Shown: positions 1-10,509 of the stretch, piece by piece | Layout of the letters: every line of letters starts with the position of its first letter | Position numbering within the stretch: the stretch's first letter is position 1 | DNA from: Ignavibacteria bacterium | GTDB lineage: Bacteria > Bacteroidota > Ignavibacteria > Tepidaquicellales > OLB5 | DNA: 64,000 bases | Assembly (NCBI GenBank): GCA_030835085.1 | Contig: JAUQWQ010000041.1 | Coordinates: forward strand, 1,685 to 65,684 | Direction of reading: 5' to 3' | Notes under the pieces: model-generated | Database searches by the model: none | The model's input: only the letters and a program-made list of their open reading frames with translations | Told to the model about the DNA's origin: nothing | Made by a program: the position numbers and the translations under genes

Positions 1-641
1 TACGCAATATGGATATGAGTTTTGCCGCGGATAGCTTTTCTGCCGGTACGGCCAATGTATCCTATCCTGTCGCCGGCTTTTACCAATTGCCCCGGCTTAA
101 CAAAAACACTATCAAGATGCGAGTAGTAAAAAATAGCTTCACTTTCGGGATCGAAGAGCTTAATGTAATTACCGCTGCGCAGAAAATCAGCCCTGAACCA
201 TGTATCATATGTAGAAAGAATTATCCCTGTAACCATAGCAATGGCAGGCACCTGCCTGCCGGTTGAATCTTCAAAACTGTTAGTATCCTTATCAATAATA
301 AAAATATCATGTGCCGGATGTCCTTTAAATTCACCCCCCTGGAAATAGCTGAAGAACTCATCTTTGTAATCCTTACCGTCGGAGCGGTAGGAGTACCAGG
401 TGAAATCGCTCATCGGGAAGACCCAGTCGCTGCGCTTCGTGCCCGGTATGTTGTGGGTCTTAAACTCCTGCTTACCAAGCTTAACATACATTATGATCGA
501 ATCCATAGCTGCATCTTCATCTATTTTACGGTCACGGATAAGCTGGTCAGTTTTGTGCCATCTTTCAAAAACACCCTGCGAATTTACAAATGGAGCTATA
601 GTGAATAAAAGTATTAATAAGTTAAGATGTAATTTTAGCAT
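1..641 (-). CDS. M23 family (LytM-type) metallopeptidase, secreted; C-terminus lies beyond the window start
   Basis: Not in the ORF track because it runs off the edge. Own translation of the minus strand from ATG (complement of 639-641): MLKLHLNLLILLFTIAPFVNSQ (signal peptide) ... FQGGEFKGHPAHDIF (HxxxD motif) ... GDRIGYIGRTGRKAIRGKTHIHIA (HxH motif). Track ORFs 9-266, 309-608 and 400-690 (+) are shadows of this gene. Confidence 0.8.
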   Translation of the reverse strand, partial: MLKLHLNLLILLFTIAPFVNSQGVFERWHKTDQLIRDRKIDEDAAMDSIIMYVKLGKQEFKTHNIPGTKRSDWVFPMSDFTWYSYRSDGKDYKDEFFSYFQGGEFKGHPAHDIFIIDKDTNSFEDSTGRQVPAIAMVTGIILSTYDTWFRADFLRSGNYIKLFDPESEAIFYYSHLDSVFVKPGQLVKAGDRIGYIGRTGRKAIRGKTHIHIA

Positions 642-720
642 TTTATCAAATAAAATTATGAATTGTATTATTGTAAATAAACTATTATAATTAGATAACT
701 TATAGCCCTCGAATTACTGA

Positions 721-2751
721 ATGGACGAAAGAAACAAATTATCCTATTTAGAACAGCTGACAAATCTTACATTTGACTACACTTATTTACTTAAAGTAGA
801 ATCAAATGACGAAATTGTACCCGAAATTATTGTCGGTTCCTTTGAAAATATTACCGGCTACAGCATAGAAGAACTCCGCGAAAAGAACTTTTTCCTCAGT
901 ATCATTTATGAAGATGACCTGTTGACATTTCTTGACTACTGGGGAAACATTATCAGCGGAAAACCGGAAACAATAATAACAAGGATTCTTACTAAATCAA
1001 ATGAAATAAAATGGGTAAAGATATATTCCAAACCTATAATAAATGAAGATACCAGGAATATAACAATGATAGTAGGCGCTGTTCAGGAAATAACTGAGCA
1101 GAAGCTGATGGAAGAAGTTCTGAAAGAAAGTGAATCTACTTACCGCTCACTTCTTGAAAGCATGGGAGAAGTGATAGTGCTTGCCGATAATAACGATCAT
1201 ATTTTATATGTGAACAGAAAATTTTCAGAACTGATGCAGTACAATAAATTCGAAGTGATCGGGAAAGTAGGATACAATTTTCTGGTAGATGAATCTGAGA
1301 GAAAGAAGATCATCACCAAAAATAAGTTAAGGGAATCAGGCATTGCCGATTCATATGAAACTGTTTTTGTAAAGAAGAATGGTGAGAAAATGAATGTGAT
1401 GGTAAGCGGGAGTCCCTACAAAAACGGAGAGAACAGGGTAATTGGCTCTATTGGTGTAATTAACGATATAACAGAGCACAAAAGTATACTGGCCCGTCTT
1501 AAGAAGCAGAAGGATGAACTGGATATTCTCTACCAGGCAGGAAGACTGCTTTCAATGAACCTTGATGTTGAGTCAATATTTAATACTGTATTCGATGTAA
1601 TATCAGGAGTGGTAGATTTCTCTGAGCTGTTCGTAGCGAAATACGAATCTGAAGAGCAGATGATTAAATACATTTATATGCGCAGTATTAACGGCGCTGA
1701 TCCTGTAGATATCAGCCAGGTTCCTGCAATACCTCTTGCACCGGAAGGTTTCGGAATCTTAAGTGATGTTATAAGGAAATCTTCTTCAATTATACTTAAT
1801 GATTACCAGGAGACACTGAAAAAATCTAAAACCAAAGTAAAAGTATCAGTTCCAAGAAGACGGGAATTGGCTGAAGAGGAAGAGAGTGTATCCAAGCCTC
1901 AGTCAGCTATAATTGTCCCTATTAAGCTTGATGAAAAAGTATTAGGTGTAATCCAGCTTTATTCACAGAACAAGGATGCATATACTTCAGAACAGCTTGT
2001 ATTCCTTGAATCATTGATGCACCAGGCATCTTTGGCATATCATAATGCAATGCTTTACCAAAAGGCCCAGGAAGAAATTGTTGTTCGTAAACAGGCTGAA
2101 AAGGATCTGAAAGCTCTAGTGAATGAAAGGGAAACCCTGCTTAAAGAAATTTACCACAGGGTAAAAAATAATCTCCAGATAGTATCAACCCTTTTGAAAA
2201 TGCAGTCAGAAAAAATACACGACCCTGTTGTAAAGAAGTATTTCCTTGAAAGCAGGGAAAAGGTTACGGCAATATCACTTATTCACGACAGGCTTTACGG
2301 AATGAGAGATCTGAGCAAGATCGATTTTTCCGATTATATAGAATCACTTGTTAGCAGCATTAAAATAATGCATACACTTGATAAACCGGTGAAGATAACT
2401 GTAGATTCAGAAAAAATTACACTTCCTATTGATATAGCAATGCCCTGCGGGCTTATACTTAACGAGCTGATATTGAACGCACTCAAGCATCCTTTCACAA
2501 ATGACTCCGTTAATCCTGAAATACAGGTAAAATTTTCATTTGATAAAATAAAAAATATGTATTCAATGAAGGTAATTGATAACGGTAAGGGATTCCCGGA
2601 GAAAATTGTATTCAACTCAAATGATTCGATGGGGCTGAAACTCATAAATACACTTACAAAGCAGATCGACGGAACTATAAATATGAAAAGCAGCAACGGT
2701 ACTGCGATTAATCTGGAATTTCCGCCATCAAGCTATACTAACAGGTTATGA
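721..2751 (+). CDS. Sensor histidine kinase, PAS-PAS-GAF-HisKA_2-HATPase architecture; no response regulator adjacent
   Basis: Two PAS-like segments each end in a DIT/EITE.K motif. A GAF-like block follows (VLGVIQLYSQNKDAYTSEQL). The H-box EIYHRVKNNLQIVSTLLKMQ is typical of HisKA_2/HWE-type kinases. ATPase motifs are present: LNELILNALKH, DNGKGFP, GLKLINTL. Confidence 0.85.
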   Translation: MDERNKLSYLEQLTNLTFDYTYLLKVESNDEIVPEIIVGSFENITGYSIEELREKNFFLSIIYEDDLLTFLDYWGNIISGKPETIITRILTKSNEIKWVKIYSKPIINEDTRNITMIVGAVQEITEQKLMEEVLKESESTYRSLLESMGEVIVLADNNDHILYVNRKFSELMQYNKFEVIGKVGYNFLVDESERKKIITKNKLRESGIADSYETVFVKKNGEKMNVMVSGSPYKNGENRVIGSIGVINDITEHKSILARLKKQKDELDILYQAGRLLSMNLDVESIFNTVFDVISGVVDFSELFVAKYESEEQMIKYIYMRSINGADPVDISQVPAIPLAPEGFGILSDVIRKSSSIILNDYQETLKKSKTKVKVSVPRRRELAEEEESVSKPQSAIIVPIKLDEKVLGVIQLYSQNKDAYTSEQLVFLESLMHQASLAYHNAMLYQKAQEEIVVRKQAEKDLKALVNERETLLKEIYHRVKNNLQIVSTLLKMQSEKIHDPVVKKYFLESREKVTAISLIHDRLYGMRDLSKIDFSDYIESLVSSIKIMHTLDKPVKITVDSEKITLPIDIAMPCGLILNELILNALKHPFTNDSVNPEIQVKFSFDKIKNMYSMKVIDNGKGFPEKIVFNSNDSMGLKLINTLTKQIDGTINMKSSNGTAINLEFPPSSYTNRL

Positions 2752-2768
2752 AACACTTTATATTTTTA

Positions 2769-4022
2769 TTAATCTAACGCACCCGCAGCAATTTCTTCTT
2801 CTATTTTTGATTTGTCAATTTCTGAAATCCTGTCTTTATCCCTGGGTCCTTCCTTTAATTTGTAATATGCCAGAACTGAGCTTGAAGAGAGAATGATTCC
2901 GCTTAAAATAAACATGAAGTCAATACTTGTTATGGAAGCAATGAATCCGCTGGATAAAGGGCCAAGCAGATTACCCAGCATAGTAAAACTCGAAGCTATT
3001 CCCATTACGCCGCCCTTTTTATGAACAGGTATGCACTTATTTATGAAGGAGAACAGTGAAGGCATTACGCCGCCGATGCATAAACCAAGCAAAGCCCGTA
3101 TGGGAACCAGTTCCCACACACCTGTGGTAACTACATGAAGTGCGTAACCAATACCGGCTCCAACAAGCGCCCATACAAGATTCCTGCGGATTTCGCGCCT
3201 GTCATTCAGCTTTCCCCAAAATGATGAGGATATGACCTGGAATAATCCTACTACCCCGAATATTGAACCGGTAATTGTTGCAAGGTATGCAGTACTGCCA
3301 ATTTTATTTTCTATGAATAATGCAAAGAGCGGCTGTATCATAGAAATTGCTGCAGCAGAAATAACCAGGAGCAATAAAGCGTATTTTAATCTTTGATTCT
3401 TAAAAACAAATCTGTAATTATCCCAAATGTCACCTTCTTTGCTTCGCTCTTTATTGATCTCCTTAACAAAAAAGAAAACCAGGATACCGCTAACGGCACA
3501 CATAGCAGATGTTATGAAAAATACATTTCTATAACCGAAGGCATCAGCCATTAATCCGCCAATAAAAGGACCAAGCAGGTTGCCTGCAGCAGTAGAGCTT
3601 GCTAGGAAACCAATTGCATACCCGGATTTTTCTTTGGGTGTATTTGATGAAACCAGTGCTAATGCTGCTGCTATAAAGCCGCTTAACGCACCCTGTACCA
3701 TCCTGAAAATAAAGAGCTGTACAACATCCTGTGAAAGGCCGATCAAAAACTGGGATACTGCCAGTCCGAAAATGGCGCGGAGTACCATTTTCTTTTTGCC
3801 TACTCTGTCACCAAGCCATCCCCAAACAGGTGTAGCAATGAATGCGGTGATAAATACACCGGATACGACAAGCCCGCTCCAGCGTTTTACTTCGGTAATT
3901 TCTGTTACACCAAGATCTTTAACAAATAAGGGGAGAAATGGGATAACCATGCTCATACCAATCATAGCGATCAACTGGGCTGACCAGATAATGTAAAGAT
4001 TTTTACGCCAGTTTAGTTCCAA
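2769..4022 (-). CDS. MFS transporter (about 12 TM, drug:H+ antiporter-like)
   Basis: 417 aa, hydrophobic throughout. MFS signature-like loop GWLGDRVGKKKM after TM2 and a second-half repeat WGKLNDRREIRR. Confidence 0.8.
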   Translation of the reverse strand: MELNWRKNLYIIWSAQLIAMIGMSMVIPFLPLFVKDLGVTEITEVKRWSGLVVSGVFITAFIATPVWGWLGDRVGKKKMVLRAIFGLAVSQFLIGLSQDVVQLFIFRMVQGALSGFIAAALALVSSNTPKEKSGYAIGFLASSTAAGNLLGPFIGGLMADAFGYRNVFFITSAMCAVSGILVFFFVKEINKERSKEGDIWDNYRFVFKNQRLKYALLLLVISAAAISMIQPLFALFIENKIGSTAYLATITGSIFGVVGLFQVISSSFWGKLNDRREIRRNLVWALVGAGIGYALHVVTTGVWELVPIRALLGLCIGGVMPSLFSFINKCIPVHKKGGVMGIASSFTMLGNLLGPLSSGFIASITSIDFMFILSGIILSSSSVLAYYKLKEGPRDKDRISEIDKSKIEEEIAAGALD

Positions 4023-4138
4023 TGTACATCCTTATCTCATTAATATTCACCAACACCTAAAGCTATTTTACAAAAATAATAAATCTTAAAATGTTTTTAA
4101 ATGTTTAAATTTTGCATACTTTTTTATAAACTTTGCTA

Positions 4139-4146
4139 TAAATTTG
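4139..4146 (+). promoter_or_regulatory. Candidate Bacteroidota-type -7 promoter element TAaaTTTG upstream of the GT-C gene
   Basis: Exact TAnnTTTG match 28 nt upstream of the TTG start at 4174, in a divergent intergenic region. Confidence 0.3.
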
Positions 4147-4173
4147 TATTAACTAATTAAAATCCCGCAAAAT

Positions 4174-5673
4174 TTGTCAAAACAAAGAAAATATTTCATT
4201 TTTATTCTCATTTTTTTTGCACTTTACTGTTTTTTCTTAAGCTGGAGTTTTTTGTTCCAGAATGTAGATGATGCATATATTTCGTACAGATACGGTAAAA
4301 ACTTAATGGAAGGCAAAGGATTAGTCTATAATCAGGGTGAATTTGTAGAAGGATATACAAATTTCCTGTGGACTATTATTACAGCGCCATTTACTCAGGT
4401 AAAATCGATAGATGTTTCAATTTTTTCTGGAACATTGGGTTTGATACTATCCATGGGGAATATTCTGCTGGTTGCTCTCATTTCAAGATTATTTAACGGA
4501 AAATTAGCGGGATATTTAAAATACCTGATTTTACTACCCGCCTTATTTCTTGCACTTGATGATTCTATTGCATTCTGGGCTATCGGAGGGATGGAGTTCC
4601 CAATGTACACTCTTTTCATACTGGGAATTATATATAATTATTTTAAAATAAACGAAAATAGAAAACATATACATTATATGATAATTTTCCTTATGCTTTG
4701 TACCTTATCAAGGCCTGAAGGTAATATGATTGCTGTGGTAACACTTTTACATATGTTCTTATTTAAAAAGCATATACATAATTTCCGGAATGTATTTTTT
4801 AAAATTATTTCAGCATATGTGTTATTTTGTTTGTTGTATTATGGTTTTAAGTACTTTTATTACGGACAATTAATACCTAATACATTTTATGCTAAAGGTG
4901 TTACTGATATTAAGATGAACCTTGTTTTAGGTACAAAATATCTTGCCTTATGCGTTGGAACCAGGATTTATATATTTATCTTTATCCTGTTTATCCCATT
5001 TAAAAAAGCATTTAAAGATATGAAACAATCGTACCTGCTTGGGTTTGTCGTAATCTATATTACATATATCGTTGCTGTTGGCGGCGACTGGATGATAGCG
5101 AACAGGTTCTTTGTCCCGATTATTCCTATGTTGTATATTTTAAGTGTTATCGGTTTTCTTAATGTAATAAGAAAAATAAATGATTATTTTAAGAATGAAT
5201 ATAAAGCTTTAAAGATAGCAAATATTACATCTGCTATATTGGGTATTTTATTATTTGTATCTACTTTAAGTCTGCTGGAATATAAACAGCTCATTATAAA
5301 AGATAACAATGCAAGGTATGAGATGCAGTGGTCAATGTTCGGGAAGTGGCTTAAAATGAATGTTGAACCATCTACCGTAATTGCTGTTGGACCGGCGGGC
5401 AAGATACCGTATTATTCAGAACTGTATACAATTGATATGTGGGGACTGAACAACGACTATATTGCAAAGACAACATCAAAGCGCCTCCAGGCTGGACATA
5501 AGAAATTTGATATTGATTACGTTCTCTCACTTAATCCTGAGTTCATTATAGGTTATGCCGGTTTTACAGATGCAGATATTGCCCCAAGATATGAAAAGTT
5601 CAATGCCCCTGAAGAAAAATATCAATGTGATGATGTTGTATTTAAACTGAAACCTGAATTTTTACTCAAATAA
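4174..5673 (+). CDS. Polytopic membrane protein, putative GT-C-fold glycosyltransferase (ArnT/PMT/arabinosyltransferase-like)
   Basis: 499 aa with about 12 predicted TM helices. Acidic DD motif in the first extracytoplasmic loop ([38 protein letters not shown]) and a soluble C-terminal domain. TTG start. Family assignment is from memory of this motif class. Confidence 0.55.
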   Translation: MSKQRKYFIFILIFFALYCFFLSWSFLFQNVDDAYISYRYGKNLMEGKGLVYNQGEFVEGYTNFLWTIITAPFTQVKSIDVSIFSGTLGLILSMGNILLVALISRLFNGKLAGYLKYLILLPALFLALDDSIAFWAIGGMEFPMYTLFILGIIYNYFKINENRKHIHYMIIFLMLCTLSRPEGNMIAVVTLLHMFLFKKHIHNFRNVFFKIISAYVLFCLLYYGFKYFYYGQLIPNTFYAKGVTDIKMNLVLGTKYLALCVGTRIYIFIFILFIPFKKAFKDMKQSYLLGFVVIYITYIVAVGGDWMIANRFFVPIIPMLYILSVIGFLNVIRKINDYFKNEYKALKIANITSAILGILLFVSTLSLLEYKQLIIKDNNARYEMQWSMFGKWLKMNVEPSTVIAVGPAGKIPYYSELYTIDMWGLNNDYIAKTTSKRLQAGHKKFDIDYVLSLNPEFIIGYAGFTDADIAPRYEKFNAPEEKYQCDDVVFKLKPEFLLK

Positions 5674-6381
5674 ATGAAAAACCCTGAAGTAAAGAAAGCA
5701 TTAATACTTGCAGCAGGTTTAGGAACCCGTCTAAAGCCACTGACAGATTATCTTCCGAAAGCATTAGTCCCTTTTAATGGTAAACCAATGATAGAAAATG
5801 TAATAAATAAACTTACACGTGCAGGTATTAATAATATATTGATCAATACTCATCATCACGCTGATAAAATGGAAGAATATTTTGCAGATCGATCAGGAAA
5901 TGAAAAAATAACGTTATTACACGAAACCCGGATACTTGGTACCGGCGGAGCGATCAAAAATGCTGAAAAACATTTATCTGATACTGATGCATTCCTAGTA
6001 TATAATACAGATGTAGATTGTGAAGTTGATATTAAGGATTATATACATTTCCATTTTACTAATAATGCTATTGCGACACTTTGTGTTCAGGAAAGAAAAA
6101 CATCAAGATATTTAATATGTAATGAAATCGGTAAATTAATTGGCAGAACTGAAAATGGTCAAATCGTGATATATGGTAAAAAAAGTGAAATAATTTTTAC
6201 AAAAGCATTTTGTGGAATACATATCATTAACAGAGGTATTTTCCCATATCTAAATCAAAAAAAAGATAATTTTGATATTATCCCTGAATATATGAAAATT
6301 CTTAAAAAAAATGAAGAAATTATGATTTATGATATAACTGGCACATATTGGAAGGACCTTGGTACTACTCAAAATCTGTAA
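5674..6381 (+). CDS. Sugar-1-phosphate nucleotidylyltransferase (NTP_transferase family)
   Basis: N-terminal LILAAGLGTRLKPLTDYLPKALVP (GxGTRL signature). The ATG directly abuts the stop of the preceding gene (aaaTAAATGaaa), suggesting translational coupling. Confidence 0.8.
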   Translation: MKNPEVKKALILAAGLGTRLKPLTDYLPKALVPFNGKPMIENVINKLTRAGINNILINTHHHADKMEEYFADRSGNEKITLLHETRILGTGGAIKNAEKHLSDTDAFLVYNTDVDCEVDIKDYIHFHFTNNAIATLCVQERKTSRYLICNEIGKLIGRTENGQIVIYGKKSEIIFTKAFCGIHIINRGIFPYLNQKKDNFDIIPEYMKILKKNEEIMIYDITGTYWKDLGTTQNL

Positions 6382-6544
6382 AAATACCCTATTTATCTTT
6401 TTTTATTAGTATTTATCTTCTTTTAAAACAATCCTGTTTAAATTTCCATTGAAAACCCTACTTTTTGTTTGGATAAAAAGGGCAATTTTATTATATTAGT
6501 ATCAATTGGGGGAATCAAAAAACAATTAAAAGGAGAACAAACTA

Positions 6545-8314
6545 ATGAAAAAATCAATAATATTGATTTTATTCGCTGCTTTTTTCATTTCAAATATTTA
6601 TTCGCAATCAACCTCGGATAAATATAAAGAAGCAAACCCGGATCAGCTAATTCAGGATAATTCTGAAAAAGCTCAACTGTGGAAACAGATGCAGGATGCA
6701 AAACAACAAAGGAACGAATCCTTATATAACGAACTCCAGAATCAGTTCAATGCTAAATACCCGGATAATGCAGAACAGGTTGCACCGGGAGTTAACATGC
6801 CCACAGATGAATACTCCAGCGTTCAGCCGCCGTTTATAGGTGACTGGGGTCAGGGTGATATTAAGGTGCATGCAGGTACTTTACCCTTGGGACCGACAAA
6901 TAATTCGCAGGGTATTTTTGATCTTGAAGTTGATTCTTTGGGAAATAAATATGTTGCTTTGATTGTTGGGACTAAAGACAGTATTTGTCTTTATAAATCA
7001 ACTGACCAGGGTATGAACTGGACAAGGATCAACAGGATCTTTGCTGGTGGTACCACAAAGTGGCATTCACTTGATATGTACATCACTGATTCATTGGGTG
7101 TATTCAGAATTGGTATTGCAGCAAGCAGAACAACTACAACATCATCTTTTGATGGTGAGATGTACTGGTTATCTTTAAGAGATGATGGGTCTGGTTTCAG
7201 GGCTCAAACCGTCATTGCTGGTACCGGATTCTTAAATCCATCAATTATTGCAGATGGATGGGAATACAGTGCATCATTGACGTACTGGTATATAACTTAC
7301 CAGAGAGTTAACACCGGTACAGGTGTTGGTACGCAGTGTCTTGCTTCACTTTCCAGGAACTGGGGTTACGCATGGGAGCACGATACAGTCAGAAGTTCGT
7401 TTAATGATTTTAATTTGAGTATCAATTACGCAGATTACTCTTCAGTTGAAAGCTTATATGTTGCCATTACAAATGACGTAACACCGGCAGATCCAAACTT
7501 AAGAATTTTCAGGATATCTCTTGGGAATTTCGGAACAGCTACCGGATGGACACAGTTTAACGTAGCAGGTACCTCAACTCCTGAATTTGACTGCGATCTT
7601 GCAGTTAACAGAACAAATGACCAGATGGCTATTACATATACAATTGGTTCATCAAATACTGATATAGCTGGCCGTTATTGGGATGGTACAACATATTGGG
7701 GTACTGTAGTTAATGTTTCAAACCAGGCTAACAATGAATCACGCGCAAGATTAAACTGCCAGGATAGACAGGGAGCTTACCGTATGGCTTTCATATCCAG
7801 CGGTACCAGAGACTCAGTTATTTATATCTCCGGTTTCACTATGGCAACTTTGACAGGCAGACAGGTCGTAAATCAGTCAGCTACTTCCGGTGCAAGTACT
7901 TCAACTTCACCTGATGTTGCAGGATTCAGAGTTTCAGCAGGTGCATATGGAGGTGGGGTAGTATTTTCATTATTAGGTCCGCAGGATCTATATTACGATG
8001 CATCAAATATCACACCTACAGGAATTTCACAGAATGAAACAGAAATTCCGGCTGCATTCAGTCTTAGCCAGAACTATCCTAATCCGTTCAACCCGACAAC
8101 AAATATTAATTTTTCGATTCCCAAAAGCGGATTCGTAAAATTAGTTGTATTTGATATGCTGGGAAGGGAAGTTGCTACTATTGTTAACAAAGAAATGACA
8201 GCAGGAAGTTACGTTGCTGATTTTAACGCATCCACACTTTCAAGCGGTATTTATTTCTACAGGTTAACATCTGGCAGTTTTGCAGATACTAAAAAAATGA
8301 TATTGGTTAAATAA
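6545..8314 (+). CDS. Secreted protein of unknown function with one BNR/Asp-box and a T9SS C-terminal sorting domain
   Basis: Signal peptide MKKSIILILFAAFFISNIYSQ; Asp-box STDQGMNWT; C-terminus SQNYPNPFNPTTNINFSIP...GIYFYRLTSGSFADTKKMILVK. SD aaaggag 6 nt upstream. Confidence 0.8.
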   Translation: MKKSIILILFAAFFISNIYSQSTSDKYKEANPDQLIQDNSEKAQLWKQMQDAKQQRNESLYNELQNQFNAKYPDNAEQVAPGVNMPTDEYSSVQPPFIGDWGQGDIKVHAGTLPLGPTNNSQGIFDLEVDSLGNKYVALIVGTKDSICLYKSTDQGMNWTRINRIFAGGTTKWHSLDMYITDSLGVFRIGIAASRTTTTSSFDGEMYWLSLRDDGSGFRAQTVIAGTGFLNPSIIADGWEYSASLTYWYITYQRVNTGTGVGTQCLASLSRNWGYAWEHDTVRSSFNDFNLSINYADYSSVESLYVAITNDVTPADPNLRIFRISLGNFGTATGWTQFNVAGTSTPEFDCDLAVNRTNDQMAITYTIGSSNTDIAGRYWDGTTYWGTVVNVSNQANNESRARLNCQDRQGAYRMAFISSGTRDSVIYISGFTMATLTGRQVVNQSATSGASTSTSPDVAGFRVSAGAYGGGVVFSLLGPQDLYYDASNITPTGISQNETEIPAAFSLSQNYPNPFNPTTNINFSIPKSGFVKLVVFDMLGREVATIVNKEMTAGSYVADFNASTLSSGIYFYRLTSGSFADTKKMILVK

Positions 8315-8338
8315 TTCAGCCAGTACTTGATTCTTATA

Positions 8339-8369
8339 AGCCTCCATAGAAATATGGGGGCTTTTTTTT
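8339..8369 (+). terminator. Intrinsic terminator
   Basis: agcctccata-gaaa-tatgggggct hairpin followed by T8. Confidence 0.8.
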
Positions 8370-8387
8370 AAATGCAGTTAATTTTGA

Positions 8388-8419
8388 TTTGAATAACATA
8401 AGATTTAAAAGTATATTTG
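8388..8419 (+). promoter_or_regulatory. Candidate Bacteroidota-type promoter (TTTG -33, N20, TAtaTTTG -7)
   Basis: TTTG at 8388-8391 and TATATTTG at 8412-8419, 32 nt upstream of the ATG at 8451. Confidence 0.4.
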
Positions 8420-8450
8420 TCTAATATTTTTTCTAATTTAACACAATTTT

Positions 8451-9272
8451 ATGAAACCATGGGCTTTGATTTTAGGCGCTTCGAGCGGATTTGGCGGAGC
8501 AGTAGCTCTTGAGCTTGCGAAGCATGGATATAATATTTTCGGGGTACACCTTGATAGGGCAATTACTGTTCCCGATGTTAAAAGCCTTATGAGAAAAATA
8601 GAACATACTAAACAGCATGCTGTTTTTTTTAATATTAATGCAGCAGACGCAATTAAACGTAATGAAGTTTTAGATGAAATTACTGAACGCCTGAGCGGAC
8701 ATGAAAAAGGCAGTATAAAAGTTCTTGTACATTCACTGGCTTTCGGAACGTTAAAACCGTTCATTGCAAAAACACAGGCTAACTGTATTTCACAGGCACA
8801 GATGGAAATGACTCTTGATGTTATGGCAAATTCACTGGTATACTGGACCCAGGGACTTATTTTCCGTAACCTACTAGCAGAAGGAGGCAGGATATTTACT
8901 TTAACAAGTGCCGGTTCACATTCTGTTATTCCTTCCTACGGTGCTGTATCTGCCGCAAAAGCGGCTTTAGAAGCACATACCAGGCAGCTTGCATATGAAC
9001 TTGCGCCGATGAAAGTTACAGCAAATTCAATTATGGCCGGTGTTACAGATACACCCGCGCTTCAGAAAATTCCCGGTGCAAAAAATATGATCGAATCAAC
9101 CAAACTTAAAAATCCCCAGGGCCGTTTAACACACCCCGAAGATGTTGCCAAAGCTATATTAATGCTCTGTTCAGAAGAAGCAGGGTGGATCTCCGGTAAC
9201 CTGATAGGCGTGGATGGTGCCGAGGATATAATCAACTTTACAGGCGAAAGGGTTGCCCATCATATTAAATAA
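8451..9272 (+). CDS. SDR family oxidoreductase, FabL-like (putative enoyl-[ACP] reductase)
   Basis: GASSGFG dinucleotide motif and catalytic YGAVSAAK (YxxxK). The block SAGSHSVIPSYGAVSAAKAALEAHTRQLAYELAP..VTANSIMAGVTDTPALQKIPG resembles Bacillus FabL (from memory). Confidence 0.7.
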   Translation: MKPWALILGASSGFGGAVALELAKHGYNIFGVHLDRAITVPDVKSLMRKIEHTKQHAVFFNINAADAIKRNEVLDEITERLSGHEKGSIKVLVHSLAFGTLKPFIAKTQANCISQAQMEMTLDVMANSLVYWTQGLIFRNLLAEGGRIFTLTSAGSHSVIPSYGAVSAAKAALEAHTRQLAYELAPMKVTANSIMAGVTDTPALQKIPGAKNMIESTKLKNPQGRLTHPEDVAKAILMLCSEEAGWISGNLIGVDGAEDIINFTGERVAHHIK

Positions 9273-9330
9273 TATGAATATGTTTTATATTTAAACTCTT
9301 TTATTAAATAATATCTAAATTATACAGTTT

Positions 9331-10473
9331 ATGTTCGAATTTGGATTTACTGAGGAGCAGTTAATGCTCCGTGAAATGGTTCGCGATTTTGCTGTAAATG
9401 AATTGAAACCAATTGCTCAACAGATTGATCAAAACGAAAAGATCCCTTCCGAAATTATTCAGAAACTTGCTGATCTGGGATTATTAGGAGCTTCTATTCC
9501 CGAAGAATACGGGGGAGGAGGTTTTGGTGAAGTTGGTTATTGTATCATGCAGGAAGAGATTTCACGCGCATGTCTTTCAACCGCTACATTTATCGGTGCT
9601 CATCAATCAATAGGTACAAATGCAATTTTGCTTGGTGGAAGCGAAGAACTTAAACAAAAATATGTTGTACCGCTTGCAAAAGGTGAAAAAATAGGTGCAT
9701 TTTGTTTAACAGAAGTACAGGCGGGTTCTGATTCGTTTAATGTTAAAACAACTGCTGAGCTTGATGGTGATGAATGGGTTATAAATGGTGATAAAATGTG
9801 GATAACTAATGGCGGGCTCGCTGACATAATTTCCGTATTTGCAAGGACGCCAAAGGGAGTAACGGCATTTGTTGTTGAAACAAGTATGCCCGGCTTTTCC
9901 GCCGGTCCGCCTGAAAAGAAAATGGGTATACGAGGCAGCACTACCAATGCCATAACTTTTGATAACGTAAGGGTTCCTAAAAATAACATGATAGGAACAG
10001 AAGGCAGAGGTTTCCTGATAGCAATGAAGACCCTTGATGCAGGCAGGCTTGGACTTGGCGCTGCAACCCTGGGCGCAGCAAAGGAAATGCTTGAAATGTC
10101 TTCGAGGTATGCTAAAGAACGCATACAATTCGATCACCCTATCAGCCATTTCCAGGCAATTCAGTTTATGCTGGCTGAAATGGCAACAACAATATATGCA
10201 ATGGAATCTATTATATACAGAACGGCTGTTGATTACGACCTGAAAAAGAATATCAGTATGCATTCAGCTATGGTAAAGCTGTTTTGCTCAGAAGGGCTGG
10301 ATAAAGTTGTTGATTTCGCTGTTCAGATACACGGCGGAATGGGTTATTCAAGAGAGTATCCTATCGAAAGATTCTACAGGGATTCACGCATAAACAAAAT
10401 ATTTGAAGGAACAAATGAGATTCAAAAAGGTATTATTGCCCGCGATATACTGAAACATAAAGGTGTTATGTAA
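9331..10473 (+). CDS. Acyl-CoA dehydrogenase
   Basis: 380 aa. Typical ACAD blocks: GAFCLTEVQAGSD, WITNGG, QIHGGMGYSREYPIERFYRDSRINKIFEGTNEIQ. Confidence 0.9.
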   Translation: MFEFGFTEEQLMLREMVRDFAVNELKPIAQQIDQNEKIPSEIIQKLADLGLLGASIPEEYGGGGFGEVGYCIMQEEISRACLSTATFIGAHQSIGTNAILLGGSEELKQKYVVPLAKGEKIGAFCLTEVQAGSDSFNVKTTAELDGDEWVINGDKMWITNGGLADIISVFARTPKGVTAFVVETSMPGFSAGPPEKKMGIRGSTTNAITFDNVRVPKNNMIGTEGRGFLIAMKTLDAGRLGLGAATLGAAKEMLEMSSRYAKERIQFDHPISHFQAIQFMLAEMATTIYAMESIIYRTAVDYDLKKNISMHSAMVKLFCSEGLDKVVDFAVQIHGGMGYSREYPIERFYRDSRINKIFEGTNEIQKGIIARDILKHKGVM

Positions 10474-10509
10474 AATGAAAACATCAATTTTATAAGCAAT
10501 TTAATTATA

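Noticed and set aside
9-690. Track ORFs 9-266, 309-608 and 400-690 on the plus strand
   Set aside because: The minus strand encodes a continuous M23 peptidase with a signal peptide and both zinc motifs. The plus-strand ORFs are shadows with no motifs.
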